Source: Schizochytrium sp. TIO01 (taxonomy: Eukaryota; Protista; Bigyra: Labyrinthulomycetes). Taken from it: a DNA stretch of 64,000 nt. A program made the translations under genes and the position numbers. The stretch covers positions 100,436-164,435 of the forward strand of contig SMSO01000031.1 in the NCBI GenBank assembly GCA_004764695.1, read 5' to 3'. Below the pieces are notes generated by a model that saw nothing but the letters and a program-made list of their open reading frames with translations, was not told the DNA's origin and did not search any database. Shown here piece after piece: positions 44,101-55,900 of this stretch (position 1 is its first letter; each line of letters opens with the position of its first letter).

Positions 44101-47100
44101 CACTTCGATCTCGAGGTCTCGTCGAAAACGAAGAAAGTGACCCAGAGGGGCTACGCAAATTCCTATCAGGAGAACTTGAGCTTGATGATAAAATCGTTGA
44201 TGTTCTTGAATTCTCATTTGAGAAGAACATAGTGGGGTTTATTTCATTTGTAGATGGACTTATGACCCCGAACATCCCAAAACCCTCTAGCACATCGGCA
44301 GGTGCCCTCACCAAACTGCGGCTTGCTGCACTCTCTCAAGAGCAAGCAGCGCTGGCAGGCAAACATTATGGGCTTTTAAATAGCGACAAGCCTCTAAAGA
44401 CTCGAGTTCGTCAGCTACTCAAAGCGAAGGCGCCTAAACTTGCGACCAAAGACAGAATCCAGGCTCTGCTAGAAGAGGCATCTGATGAGGACAGTCTTAT
44501 TCAAATGCTTGCAAAGAAATACCGCATTAAGATTCCACCAAACCTGCGTCTCGAACTTGAAAAGCAAGATTCTGCGAAGTCGGGAAATGTTAATGCCAAA
44601 AAGGCTATAACTATTGCATCCAAGCTCTTCTCTGCAAAGCTGGATAAGTCCCAGATTGAAGCTTGCTCTGCGCACTTTGCTCAGGGCGAGAATCTTTCTT
44701 TGCGTGCGCTAGTAGCATGTATTCAGCCGAAAATCTCTAGGGGGGAGCTTCTGCAGAAATTAGCAACTGCAAATAATCTAGCTCTCGACTTTGCTCAAAA
44801 GAGCCTCTTTGATCTGGTCACTGAGCAGCTCGGAGGAAAAGCGAAGGCTGCAGAGGAAGCCAAATTTGTCTATGCTTTGTACTCCTTAGGTACTTGTCTT
44901 ACAGTGGAAGATATATATGCTATTGCGAGTGCACTCTCTGGAAAGACTAGTGATGGGCGTGTGCGTCTCATGGGATTAATAAAGCTTATATCTGTAGGAT
45001 CTAAAATGACAAAGAGCTCAAATGGGGACAGTGACCAGTCATCTAATGATGAAGATAGCGATAAAGATGGAAGTGGTAGCGAGACATCAGAAAGTGGAAG
45101 CTCTAGCGACTCTGATAACGGTAGCAAATCTGACGAGGATAGTAGCAGTGGCTCAGATGAAGATGATAAAAAGTCTAACAAAGGCACCGGGTCACGATGG
45201 TTCTCAAGTATTCGCAACAAGAGTCGAGAACTCTTAAAAAGGTCTGCAGATGCGGGTAGAGATGATGCTCAATCAGATTCTGAGGGAGAAAGTAGTAAAA
45301 GTGGAAATGATTCCGAGGGAGAAAGTGATGAGGAAAGTATAGATGATTCCGAAGAAGAAAGAGCCACATCACCTCGACGCCGAGGAATCAAGAGCTTGAT
45401 GTCTAAAGAGTTTCAACAGCGTCTTCTTGCTATTGAACCCAAAACACGTCAAACCATAATGCAACATCTTCAAAAGGCAAGTAAAACTAATGAAGGCAAG
45501 GTGCCCGCTAAGTTACTACTCAAAGAACTTTCATTGAAAGCAGAAAAACTCAGTAAAGAGGATCTAGCTCTAATAAAGGCAATGTTTACCTATGATTCAG
45601 GTGGAGACGTTTACCTGGATGATGCAGCTCTAGTGCTACAAAGTATACCTACCAAGGGGCAAAGACGGGTTCTGTCTAAATTTGTTGAAGAATTTCATCA
45701 ATTAGAAAGCAAGAAACAAACAATGCTTCTACGGGATCTTCAACAAAAAGGCAAAACAAGAACAATGAAGCACGGTCGATTCATAAAATTGCTGAAAACA
45801 CATGGATTCAAGACTATTGGTAGCAAAAAATCATTAGAGGCATGTTTGAAAATTGTCCAGAGCCCTGCGTCTCTAGGAACAGTGGACACCATTTATTTTG
45901 CCAAGATCATGATGGGTTCGTGTGACCACCAGAGGCTAGCTTTAAAACTGCGGCACTCCTGCACACTTTTACAGGATCTTCGTGGCGTGGATCTTCGTGC
46001 TATTTGCAAATCCCGAAGGAATGATAAAATGAAGCTGGACGACTTCATAGATTTCATAGGGCTACTTGGGATTCCACTAGCAGAAAACGAACTGCGTTGC
46101 TTCACAAACGAGTCGCAAAGTTCACGAACTTCAGCAAAAGATGGTGAAAGTGACGGAGAAGATGCAGAAGATGATGAAGAAGATGGAAAGGGCTTCCCAT
46201 ACTACACTTTGCATCTACTCGGGGAATTTGCCAAAGGCAAAGGAAAATTCCACGGTAAGAATCGACAAGGGAAGCAAGGTGTCACCAATGAACCAGCATT
46301 CTCGGAGTCTGAAGAGTCAGCTTCCTCAAATGAATCTGAGAACGAGGATTCCAGTGACGATGGTGATTCCAGTGAAGAAGACGGTGAAAAAAAGAAACGA
46401 AGAAATCGTCAACGCTCTAAATCCGGTACAAACAAGACGAGTCAACGAAAGAATAGACGCAAGTCAAATATGGGTAGTGATAGCGAAGATTCAGAAGATG
46501 ACTCAGATGAATCTGACGGTTCTCATGATAGTGAAGATAATTCGTCCTTCTCTGGAGAATCATCTGGATCTAGCAGCGGTAGTGAGAGTAGAAGTGGGAA
46601 GTCGTCTGCTTACTCGAGCAAAGGTTCAAGCGAGTCGGATGATGAATTAGCGAGTATTGGCTATAGCGAAAGTGAGTCAAGTAGGTCATCGGGAGATGAA
46701 AGTTGGGGTTCATCTCGACACCGACGTGCGTCGCGATCACGCTCTCGTTCGCGTTCACAATCGACAATCCGTCGAGCGACAAAAGCAAAGATGGACCAAC
46801 GCTTCAAACGTGCACTGGAACACTCCCTCCGCCGTGCATTTGAGGTTCTCGATGATGAAAATAACCGTGCACTAGATCCCAGAGAGTTAGGACGAGCTAT
46901 GCTTGCAATGGGCCGTGAGTGCTCTGAGCTAGAAATCCGACAGACTGGTCAAGATTTAGGCTTCGAAGGAAAGCTCACGAAACATAGCTTTGTTAAGATG
47001 GGGGTAGCACTTGTCCATGCACAAGCGGGTAAATTATCGTCTCAACGTGAACAAGAGATGCGCAACGTCATGGAGCGCATGGACCAGACTGCATCAGGAA

Positions 47101-48800
47101 CACTTTCGATCCGAGAGTTTCTTAGAGCATTGTATATTCTGTACAAAGAGGGAATGACAAAAGAAGAGGCAAAGTTAATTGTCAAGCTTGCTGACATCGA
47201 TCGAGATGGAACTATCCAATATGCTCGATTCATTGCAATGTTGAAGCTAGGAACTTGGTCTAGCTTTGATAAAAAGGTTTGTGCTGCGACTCTCAAACTT
47301 ATACAAGGCCCTGTATACGATCCATCAGCGTATTTAAAAAAGTACGTTCGTACACCAAGTAACTACCGTCCTCCAGTCATGCAAGAACTTGACAAAACTG
47401 AGACAAATGCTACTGCTTCGGTGCTTGTGGAGCCTTTGGCCCGAGACTCGCGAGTGACAGAGGCACGGGCTATGGCAAAAGCTCGAATTTCAGAAAGTAC
47501 TCAGACGTTGCAAGTCCAGCTCCGGGTGGCTCGCGGTATCCCTGTAATTGCCGACGAGAAACTTGCGCAGCGCGTTCTTGAGCGTCGTGCACGTGTTTGT
47601 CTTTGGAGAAAGCCCATGTCACTTAGTACCGAGAAACAGGAAGGCGGAAACGCAGATAGCTCAGATGACGAGGACAATGCCAACTCTAGCGGGGAAGAGG
47701 GGGACGACATTTTTGCGTTGAAGAAGGATTTACAGAAAATTCCTGATACTCATCTTAAGTATGCCGGCAATCCACATGTACTAAAGGCAAACTGGGATCG
47801 CTCTGAAGAAGACAAATGGTACTTTGTACACACACGCCCTACAATAGGAGCCGGGGCTTTGGATGAGCTTTTGGTGCGCATCCCTGAAGGTCTAACTGAT
47901 TTGTGTCAACTACGAGACGAAACCTTGGTGCTTCTGGTGGAGCTATCCGTCATGCTCGAAACTGGGCCCGACGAGCGAGCACCTCCAATTGAAATGAGTT
48001 GTGGTTGGTGTGTTTTTGAAATTCCTGATCTTGACCGTGCAAGTTATGATGGCCACGAGCTACGCAGTCGTGTGATGGGAGGTTCTCCTCTTAACCCTTT
48101 TGACATTGCCAAAGATGACATCCTTGCGCGGCGCCATGGCTGGAGAGCACTGCGGCGATCTCTTAGCTCCGTCGAAACTGTTCCAGAAATTCGTCTTCGC
48201 TGCCAAAACATGCATCGAGCCAGTCGATATCGCAAGAATGCCTTGCGCCTTCTCCCGGCACCATTCATCACACCAAGAGCAGCCCTTCCCCTCCTTAAAA
48301 TTTATATGCAGTTACGCGCGGCATTGGAGGCTACGAGAGACGAAAATCGTCATCTGACAGCTCTATCAACGTCTAAGCGTGACAAGCAATATGCCAAAGC
48401 TCGTGCAGATGGCGATGCAGTGAAATTTGCTCCAGTACTTCGAATCTTTCCTCAAATTCTCCAAGACCCAGATCTACTTGCACTTATTGCTAAACGCTGG
48501 TATGCTCTTAGCACTAGCTCGCGCCGTGGTAGAAAGCGAAAGCATGCCGCTTTCCAACGTACGGTTCTCAGTATCTGGCCTATGTTGTGCGCAGTTGAGC
48601 GTAAAGGCGATGCAAACCTCATGTCTCCAACAGCACGAAAAACTCGCAAAATGGTCAAGCCAACTGCAGATTTTTTCTTCTCTTCTATCCCATCGGCTTC
48701 CGCAGTGCACAACGGTAAGACCTCTACTAGCACTACAACTCGTGACGATGCCTCAACATTGCTCTTTCGACCTTTTAACATTCGCGAAGCCACCATATAG
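41154..48800 (+). CDS. Giant protein: 3-4 Tudor-like repeats, EF-hands, S/D/E tracts and a C-terminal nephrocystin-1-like region, 2548 aa
   Basis: Three repeats of GDRVLA.FRG...YPG.I..V...G.IDV.YDDGD.D. EF loops DVRGDGTV, DQTASGTLS and DIDRDGTIQ. The C-terminus LLVELSV...EMSCGW...GGSP...LRLLP...PVLRIFPQILQDPDL...W matches the NPHP1 C-terminal region as recalled. Confidence 0.85.
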   Translation: MSQRGSARNSLSEGDRVLAHFRGNVDAKEYPGVVKRVHNNGAIDVAYDDGDFDKALPASVVRPANQGKTSPRRARTQSREPDSSSADDTTGNVSLAKGDRVLCRFRGKGDEYPGTITHVYTRTGSIDVAYDDGDKDIRIPISAARPLEQRAKPRSGRSPRQHDGIEEEVLSEETRAPKSRSPRRSRTTSSSRGRWKVGTPVLARFRGKPNAKEYPGKIAKVHGDGTLDIHYDDGDVDQHMDPQFVTMRNSSDVSQSEEEEEGEDSNNEENQNRHNHANSGEKDKPCKLVERLAQAILQSETFAPGAQVIVMQAGQSRSGGRRRSQSGVIDGVDKRGSSLTVTLEDGTTLNNVPTSDVQLDNASAVSWQRLRTLLKNSCEDDRGSTLPRTGLVAALSDALNMRISKRESLQAVECFPSSDRNSKDSINLRGFLAAIKNALDDLKRATEHTGRGDDRSEESEVTTPASPALRYALSALILQGTDQSKTLKKLLGKRFTISEFRDILESIGAKKSLINAAGLAWIHQGLDVRGDGTVSGEDFLYFASCMNVRVNQSSYEALDRARTRLQAKNGTEKILRNLYKEFERADSNNSQSLDIKAARAILLTAGIEKRDVEGILKIDFTTAKDVLSKAQKKRGKGGQSSEEDSDDSSGSDDATGTAQLNKTNTLRGSKMSINNWRLMKRSGPSTFDYNPFIGAMAVPGMSETQLQATIQPIFKTPNSSEWLSKLAKKKVLPEATCIEQLTNRFGLICTPEVLSRCAYHAKALQAKSQDGSQIDTGILRKWLVKMDVCTAKSGRVKKSVLAHYRKYLGNDAKKINALLQKYRKNGQGKDEDETKNSDSESDSDAGRSSPKAWLARAEFMKMVETEKPKMMKEPALVRGGLELFGIGPEGSVDVRSLTRALSSGDSGEESDVSDDGDKKSEEDATSSEGDSESSEDSGSDSDTQGSSKGEVFLATQARKHILKATQKKLPKGSKDPAKALAKALRSRGLVENEESDPEGLRKFLSGELELDDKIVDVLEFSFEKNIVGFISFVDGLMTPNIPKPSSTSAGALTKLRLAALSQEQAALAGKHYGLLNSDKPLKTRVRQLLKAKAPKLATKDRIQALLEEASDEDSLIQMLAKKYRIKIPPNLRLELEKQDSAKSGNVNAKKAITIASKLFSAKLDKSQIEACSAHFAQGENLSLRALVACIQPKISRGELLQKLATANNLALDFAQKSLFDLVTEQLGGKAKAAEEAKFVYALYSLGTCLTVEDIYAIASALSGKTSDGRVRLMGLIKLISVGSKMTKSSNGDSDQSSNDEDSDKDGSGSETSESGSSSDSDNGSKSDEDSSSGSDEDDKKSNKGTGSRWFSSIRNKSRELLKRSADAGRDDAQSDSEGESSKSGNDSEGESDEESIDDSEEERATSPRRRGIKSLMSKEFQQRLLAIEPKTRQTIMQHLQKASKTNEGKVPAKLLLKELSLKAEKLSKEDLALIKAMFTYDSGGDVYLDDAALVLQSIPTKGQRRVLSKFVEEFHQLESKKQTMLLRDLQQKGKTRTMKHGRFIKLLKTHGFKTIGSKKSLEACLKIVQSPASLGTVDTIYFAKIMMGSCDHQRLALKLRHSCTLLQDLRGVDLRAICKSRRNDKMKLDDFIDFIGLLGIPLAENELRCFTNESQSSRTSAKDGESDGEDAEDDEEDGKGFPYYTLHLLGEFAKGKGKFHGKNRQGKQGVTNEPAFSESEESASSNESENEDSSDDGDSSEEDGEKKKRRNRQRSKSGTNKTSQRKNRRKSNMGSDSEDSEDDSDESDGSHDSEDNSSFSGESSGSSSGSESRSGKSSAYSSKGSSESDDELASIGYSESESSRSSGDESWGSSRHRRASRSRSRSRSQSTIRRATKAKMDQRFKRALEHSLRRAFEVLDDENNRALDPRELGRAMLAMGRECSELEIRQTGQDLGFEGKLTKHSFVKMGVALVHAQAGKLSSQREQEMRNVMERMDQTASGTLSIREFLRALYILYKEGMTKEEAKLIVKLADIDRDGTIQYARFIAMLKLGTWSSFDKKVCAATLKLIQGPVYDPSAYLKKYVRTPSNYRPPVMQELDKTETNATASVLVEPLARDSRVTEARAMAKARISESTQTLQVQLRVARGIPVIADEKLAQRVLERRARVCLWRKPMSLSTEKQEGGNADSSDDEDNANSSGEEGDDIFALKKDLQKIPDTHLKYAGNPHVLKANWDRSEEDKWYFVHTRPTIGAGALDELLVRIPEGLTDLCQLRDETLVLLVELSVMLETGPDERAPPIEMSCGWCVFEIPDLDRASYDGHELRSRVMGGSPLNPFDIAKDDILARRHGWRALRRSLSSVETVPEIRLRCQNMHRASRYRKNALRLLPAPFITPRAALPLLKIYMQLRAALEATRDENRHLTALSTSKRDKQYAKARADGDAVKFAPVLRIFPQILQDPDLLALIAKRWYALSTSSRRGRKRKHAAFQRTVLSIWPMLCAVERKGDANLMSPTARKTRKMVKPTADFFFSSIPSASAVHNGKTSTSTTTRDDASTLLFRPFNIREATI

Positions 48801-49975
48801 TTTTCTACACCAAATCTCAGCTTGAGCAGTAACATTATTTTCTTTCCCTGTCGTTTCATCTAACTGCAGAGTATTGTTCTATATCCTTGACTCAAGCATG
48901 CAGGAATGCGTACATGTACTCATCATCGTTGATCTCCCTACCCCGTTGTCAGGTCTTGCATAATCGTCGACACAAAACAGTCATGATATTTCACTACCCG
49001 CCATAGCATCACCACCTAGCGCGCTTTCACATTTTCCCTTCATATCCATAGCACCACCCAAATCCTACAACCTAGTTTGCTTTTTTTGCAGCAAGCTAAA
49101 ACATCTAGTTCAAGCACAAAAGAACAAGCCAAATCTCCCCTGATTCATCTTAATTGATCACAATTAATCTCATCGTCCCAGTCACCGACGACCCGACCCC
49201 GCTCCCGTTCCAGATGTTCTAGATTTGGTACCAGATTTCAGCTCGGTACTACTTTGAGCGAAGTAGGAAGAAAAGGCAGAGATAGAAGATATTTGGGCAA
49301 ACACGAATCAACTATTTGACAACTCTCGACTCATTCCCACCAGGCTCCGCCAGCTTTGCGAGAGCGCTTCCGCGCCTCTAAGCCCCCCCCGCCTCCGCTG
49401 GACCTGCTGCCGTGCTCGCGAGAGAGCTGAGTCCACGGTGGGTTCCGCGAGGCCGAGCTTCGTTCGGAGTTCGTTGTAATTTGTCATTATAATCGTTGCT
49501 GATTCATTCGCTCTTCGGTCCTCATCTCCGAATCCTTAACGTGAGGTCTATCGAGCTCACTCTCCCGGACCGCTCCACTGCCTTCTGCGAGGCGCTTGGA
49601 TCCCGAGTCGACGCTTGGATTAAGCGAGCAAGTGCCGCTGCTTAAGTTGCCAAAGTAGCGGAGAGTCGGCCTGGAGAACTGGAGAACGTGTGAATCGACC
49701 GTACTACTGCTGTCGGTTAACGTGGGTTTCAAAAGAGGACCGCTTTTTGGCGACCAAATCCGTTTCTCTGCTCCGCACCTGCACTCTGGACCTCGCTTTC
49801 CGCACACCCATTGTATTTCCACTAGCAAGAGGCCCAACTCAGCTTTGGTCCAACGCCGCGACAGTTCTGCCTTCCAGAGTGGTCTCTAGCTGCTTGAAAA
49901 TTCTAAACCCTTCCTTATCTTAGCTGCTGAAGAGTTCTTGAGCTTGGACTTAAAGGAGAACTTCTCTAGCCCACG

Positions 49976-52900
49976 ATGCCCGGCAACGATGGTTTGCCGC
50001 CTGGCTGGGAGATGTCAATTGACGAAGAGACGGGACGCACGTTTTACATCAATCACAACACCATGCAAACCAGCTGGACACCCCCCGTAGAAGAGCCACT
50101 CCCACCTGGGTGGGAGCAACAACGTGATGGAGAAGGCCGCATCTTCTTCATCAACCACAACACCCAGCAAACTCAGTGGGAGGACCCTCGCCTGTCATTT
50201 GAGGATGCGCCGTCGATCTCGTACCCTTCATTTGATAATGATAACGCACAAAGTAGCGGCCCTGGTTATGATTCTGGCTACTATTCGCAGTCTATGAACA
50301 GTAGCTATGGGGCAGGGGGCAATGTGTCGAGCAACGGCAGTGGCAAGGTGTCCTGCTCTGCATGCACATTTGAGAACTCTCCTTCGGATACCGCTTGCTC
50401 CGTTTGTGGCACAGATCTTCCTAAGACAAATGCCAATAGTGGAGGTAGTAGCTACGAATCTGGCGCAAGAGCTGGCGGTTCCGATGAAATTGATGCTGCC
50501 ACAGCCGCAGCCATCGCTGCTGCACAAGCTGAGGATGAGGCGTACATGTCTCAAACTGGGAGCGCTAACGAGTATATTGAGGTAACAGACCCTCGGGAAT
50601 TGGAGCCCTTTGCTGTACCGGATGAATATTCGATGATTTGTACACTCTGTGCCAAGCCATTTGACTGGAAGAATCGCAAACATCATTGCCGCTGCTCAGG
50701 TGGTCTGTATTGCCAAGACTGTAGCTCACACAAGGTTCGCTTTGCTGTTCGTGGCGAAGACGTCAAGGAGCGCCGTGTGTGCGATATTTGCTTTGAACAC
50801 CAAAATGCTGGTGACCGTCACTGTTATTTGCGGTATATAGGTATTTTACGCGATGCTGGAGGTGCACGCCGCAAAGATCGTTTTCTAGCATTTAAGGGTG
50901 TTGCTCAGATGGTAGAAAGACTTCCCAATGCCATGCAGCCTCACGCTAGCGTTGAGGATCAAGCTATGGCTAGCCGCACGCTACACCAGATTGAGCGTTG
51001 TGGTGGCGCAGCAGCATTTTGCGAGCTTGTGTCCCCGGATAATGAGCGCGAAGCACAGATCGAAAGCTGTCGTGCGGTAGCATGCATGGCCGAGGTCGCA
51101 GCAAGCTCACCAAGCGGAAGTGAGGCATCTCTTTCAAGATCACGCTTGCGTAATGATCTCTCCGAAGGTTCCGTTGCAATGTCTTCAATCGCGAGCATGC
51201 TGCGCCCAGACACACCATGGGAGGCACATATGCATTTGGCCAAAGCATTTTACCTTTTAGGAGATATGTCTGAAATTCAGCTTTCTGTACGCAAAATGAA
51301 TGTGATCGGGCCTCTTTGTGAAGATCTGCTTGCCTCTGAAGAGCAACTGCAAAGCTGGACAGTGCGCGCCATATCGCGTCTCATTGATAACAATGCTGAT
51401 AACGTCGAAGCTATGCTTGAGGCAAACGGCATGCAAGCCCTAGTTCTCTTGCTGACATCCAATGATGACCTTGTCAAGGAGCACGCCACAGCAGCGATTT
51501 GCTCTGGTCTTCAGCTGGAAGTAACTAATCCTGGCCGAGGTGGTATGCTTGCATCTCGAATCCGGGATGCTATAGTAAATTTGGGCGGTACCAGTGCCTC
51601 TGTCGCGCTTCTAGGGTCAAACAATGCAACTGTTGCCCGAAGCGGCTTGCGTTTGATTATGCACCTTTCCAATGGCCAAGCTGAGGTTGTGCGAGCTGCT
51701 GGTGCAGTCCCACTTGTGGTAGCGCTACTTGCAAGTCGTGATAGCGAAATTCAAGCAAGCGCTGCTCAGTTATTGCGAAATATTGCGCAATGCAGTATGG
51801 CAGGCAGTGCTGAGGTTTTGGAGAGCGGTGGCCTTTCAATGACAATTCCACTCTTGGGAGCTCCAGATTCTCAAACACGTAGCAATGCCGCATCCTTGTG
51901 TGAAATCTTCGCTGCTGATGAGCAGGGGTCAACAAACATTATTGAAGCCCATGCGGTGCCGGCTTTAGTTAATCTTGTGCGGGATAGTGACAACTCTGTG
52001 CGAGGACCAGCTGCAGGGACTCTGGTTCAGCTTTTGCAATGCGGATCCCACGAAAAGCAGATTGTAGTTAATGCTGGTGGTGTAGAGGCTCTTCTCGGAC
52101 TTGAGAATAGTTCTGATCCCATGGTTTTGCGCCAGCTCGTTGGCGCAGTGTATTCATTTGTTTCGGACGCCTCGCTGCTGGAAAGTTTATCACGACGCAT
52201 TGCCCCTCCTACTATGGCAATGAAACTTTTAGGCCTTCTTGGAGGACAACACGCACGTTCCTTGGACATGCACACCATCGAGATGCTTCTTCTAGTTGTT
52301 GCAGTTCTTTGTGGCGCTCGCGATGGAGACCAATTGAAGACTGATGCAGAGCTTGCCGAAGCTACACCTACTGAGACTCAGACACGGGACTTGGTTGCAA
52401 GCAATGGCTCACAACTAATCCTTCCCTTGCTTTCATCTTCGCGCGATCAGCCTGCCCTCGTCCTCGCTGTTTTCCGCCTGCTTCTCTCAGTATGCAGCTC
52501 CATGAACGGCGCCACCGCTGTCGCTAAAGCAGGAGGTATCACTGCAGTTGTACGGGCACTTGACGATTCTCTTCATGTCGAGGCCTCCGACGCCGACGCT
52601 GGCAACCTCGTTACACAGCTTCGCCAATATGGAATTGCGCTCTTTGGTCGTTTATGCAGTGGTGGAAACGCCTCCGGGGGTCGTTCTGATACAATCTCCA
52701 CAGCAACTGCTGACGATGTGCGCTATGGTGTCCGTGCCATCACGCGTGTGCTGGATCAACCAAACCATGCTGCATCTGACCACGAGCGTCTCGCGATGCA
52801 ACTGTCAGCTGTACGTGCACTTCGAAGCCTGTCTTTTCACAGTGGAAATTGGGAAGCCATTGCCTCTGTTGCACTGCCTCAGCTGATTGAAATGCTACTG

Positions 52901-55900
52901 AGTAATGACTCTCAATCAACTTTGCTGGCAGACATTGCTTCAGTAATTTCTAACCTTGCTAAATTAGAGAAGCACTCAGACATGGTCCTTGATGCAGGTG
53001 CGGTTTTTGCTCTTCTTGGTTTGCTCTCCGAGAAGGAAGGGGAAGCCGTGGAAGCAGGCTTGCGGACGCTGATTGCCTTAGCGGAATCATCTAAGCGTTG
53101 CCGGTTAGCTATTGTTGACCAAGGTGCTGCACCAAAGCTTTTGCATCTCGCCGAACAACGCGAGTCGCCAATCCCGGAGCTTGCTCTCAAATGTCTTTCC
53201 ACTCTTGCCAAAGAACCTGCTAATGCACCAAAGATCACTGCAGAAACTGGCGCCACAGACTCGCTCTTACGTCTACTTAAATCACCGGACTCCAATGTTT
53301 CAGAACAGGCGATGGAGATTCTGCTTGCCGTTGCTAAAGACAGTGATACACTGTGGCAGCAACTTGTGGTCAATGCGGATATCGAGTCTGCAGTTGCGTT
53401 GCTGAAGCTAGGCCCTCCGCGAGTTCAAGGTCAGGCGTGTTCTACGATTGCAGCTTTGTGTGGAGACTCTCCTGGGTATGCTCTGTGTGCGTCGCCCACA
53501 ATCCTTGAAGTTCTCCCTGTGATCGTGCAGCTTCTGACTCCTCCTGAACACTTCGGTGCAGACAAGTCCGAGTCACCTGCCAAGGAGGCTGCTGCGGCCT
53601 GTGCTCTGCTCTCTGGATCTTCTGTAGCCCGTGAAGCGCTCGTAGCTGCTGGGGTTATCCCGAGTCTGGTGGCGTTGCTTCTGCGTGAGCGTCGCCTAGG
53701 CCGGCCCCGCTCGGCAACATCCGAGCATACTCTTCGTGCTTTGTTTTCTTTGAGTTCGTCTGCTGCTTCTGAGGAAACTTCAGAGCAAGATAGTCCTAAT
53801 CTTTCACTCTGGACAGGTATTCAAAAACTTGGTAAGCGCCGTGATGCTATTGACGCAGTCATCACAATTTTGGATGCTCATATTCGAGACACCACTCCGA
53901 CGCCAAGTGGATGCGACCGCATGGATATATGCGAAGAGGCAGTCGTGTTGCTCGGACGCCTTCCAGGAGCCCTGACTCCGAACGAGGTCACACTTATCGG
54001 ACGATCTGCGCGTTCCATTAACTTGGTGATGGGCGAGGTATGCCCTGAGTCTCTTATGAAGGCATGCTTGCAAACCTTGGGACGCCTCTCAAAGGAACCT
54101 TCGTTAGTGCAGGTTTTGACGGCAGCAGGCACAATCCGTACGGTTTCGCGTCTCTTGGAACCACTTCTTAGCAGCGAAGATACGAGCCAGGATATTCATG
54201 TGGAAGCCAGTGTTACACTTCAAGCGGCCAAACTCATCGCTTCTATCGTACATGATGCCCATGATCGAAGTGTGGATGATGCCATCATCGGTACCAAGGC
54301 CATTCCTGCTTTGGCTGCCCTTCTTACTCGTACTGATGAGTTGTTTCCTGCTCATGAGCATGCTGAAGCTGCTCTTTCTGCAGGGCTTGAAGCCATTGCT
54401 TCACTAGCTCGAGGTGGTCCTGCTGTGCAAAAGGCTATTATGAAAAGTGGTGATAGTGTACTGCCAGCCTTGGCCCAGGTTGTGGATCGTTTTGACCATG
54501 ATGGAGACGAAAGTTTGCCCCGCGCTACATACGCTTTTGTTACGCTATCGCGCCTGGCTACTCTTGGCGAGCATCGGCACGCTATTGTTTCAGCAAAGCC
54601 GAGCTTGACGAATATTGCGTGTCGCGTGTTTGAGTCTACCGAAGATGCAAAACTTGTGCAAGCAGCCACTCAGTTCGTGGCGGATCTCGGTCCGTCAGTG
54701 CTAGATGGCCAAGTTGTTGAGGCGCTTGTATGTAAGGTTATCTCAAATGAGACCTTTTCGAACTCCCGAGGCCCTGCTCTACAGGCGCTGGGAGTTTATG
54801 CAATGGACCCGGCCCTTGGTGAGCAAATGCTAGACCTCGGTATCCTTGACACAGTAATTGATCTTTTGCAAGAGGACAGTCCCGAAGGAAAGCCTGGAGT
54901 CCATGTACGTAGTGCAGCAACTCTCTTGCGTCTTTTGTGTAGCCTTTCTGCAATACGTGGTGTCCAGCCAAAGCAGCCCCATGATTTGAGTAAACCTGCT
55001 GCAAACGGTGCAACAACCGTCAATGGTCAAGACGAAGATTGTGAAAAGGAAGGCGATATGGATGATGAAGCTACTGAGTCTGAGTTGCCAAGCCCTAGTG
55101 CCCCCGAGTCTAACGGAGACAATGAAGCTGCTGCCATGAAAAACCTAGAGCGATCTGTTGATGCCTGCAGCGCTGTAATTCTTGGTGAGAAGAACTACCC
55201 TCCCAGCGTTGTTACTGAAGCACTTCTAGGTTTAAATATGTTGGTGCTGACCAAGGAGGCTCGTGAGCGTGTAGCAAAATTGCCCAAGCTCCTGCAGATG
55301 CTGAAGAGCATAGCAATTAGCGCAGCCTCTGAAACCTTTGCTGCTCAAACGGCTGCGAATGTGGTCCGCTTTATTGGTACAGGCGAGGTTCTAGAACAGG
55401 AAAGGTCTCGTCCTCGTGGTCCTCCGCCCCCGCTTGCTGCAGGAGCTGGTCCTAAATCATCACCTACGTCACCACCACCGCCTGCACCCGGGTCAGTGTC
55501 TTCAAGCGTGTCCTCGCCAGTCTTGAAACCTACGAATGGGTATGCAACTAAGCCTCCTGCACAAGCTTCGACTTTCGCGAGCTCAGCTAGTGTGGCAAGC
55601 AGCAGCAGCTCTAGGCCTGCACCACCGCCTATGATGTCATCCCAAAGTTCCCTTCCCCGTTCTTCACCTCTGATGGCGCCCCGGCAGCCACCATCTGGCC
55701 CTCCTCCACCCATCAGTGGAAGTGCCAACTCAGGTACCTTGCTTCCCACATACAGCAATACTTCTATGAACTCTTCATTCAGGCGCACTCCATCGTCATC
55801 CCAATATACGTCTGGTGGTGGTAACGGTGGTCGCTCGCTATCATCATCCTCATCAACCGCAATGTCTGACGAACAGTATGCCATGCGTCTTCAAGCAGAA

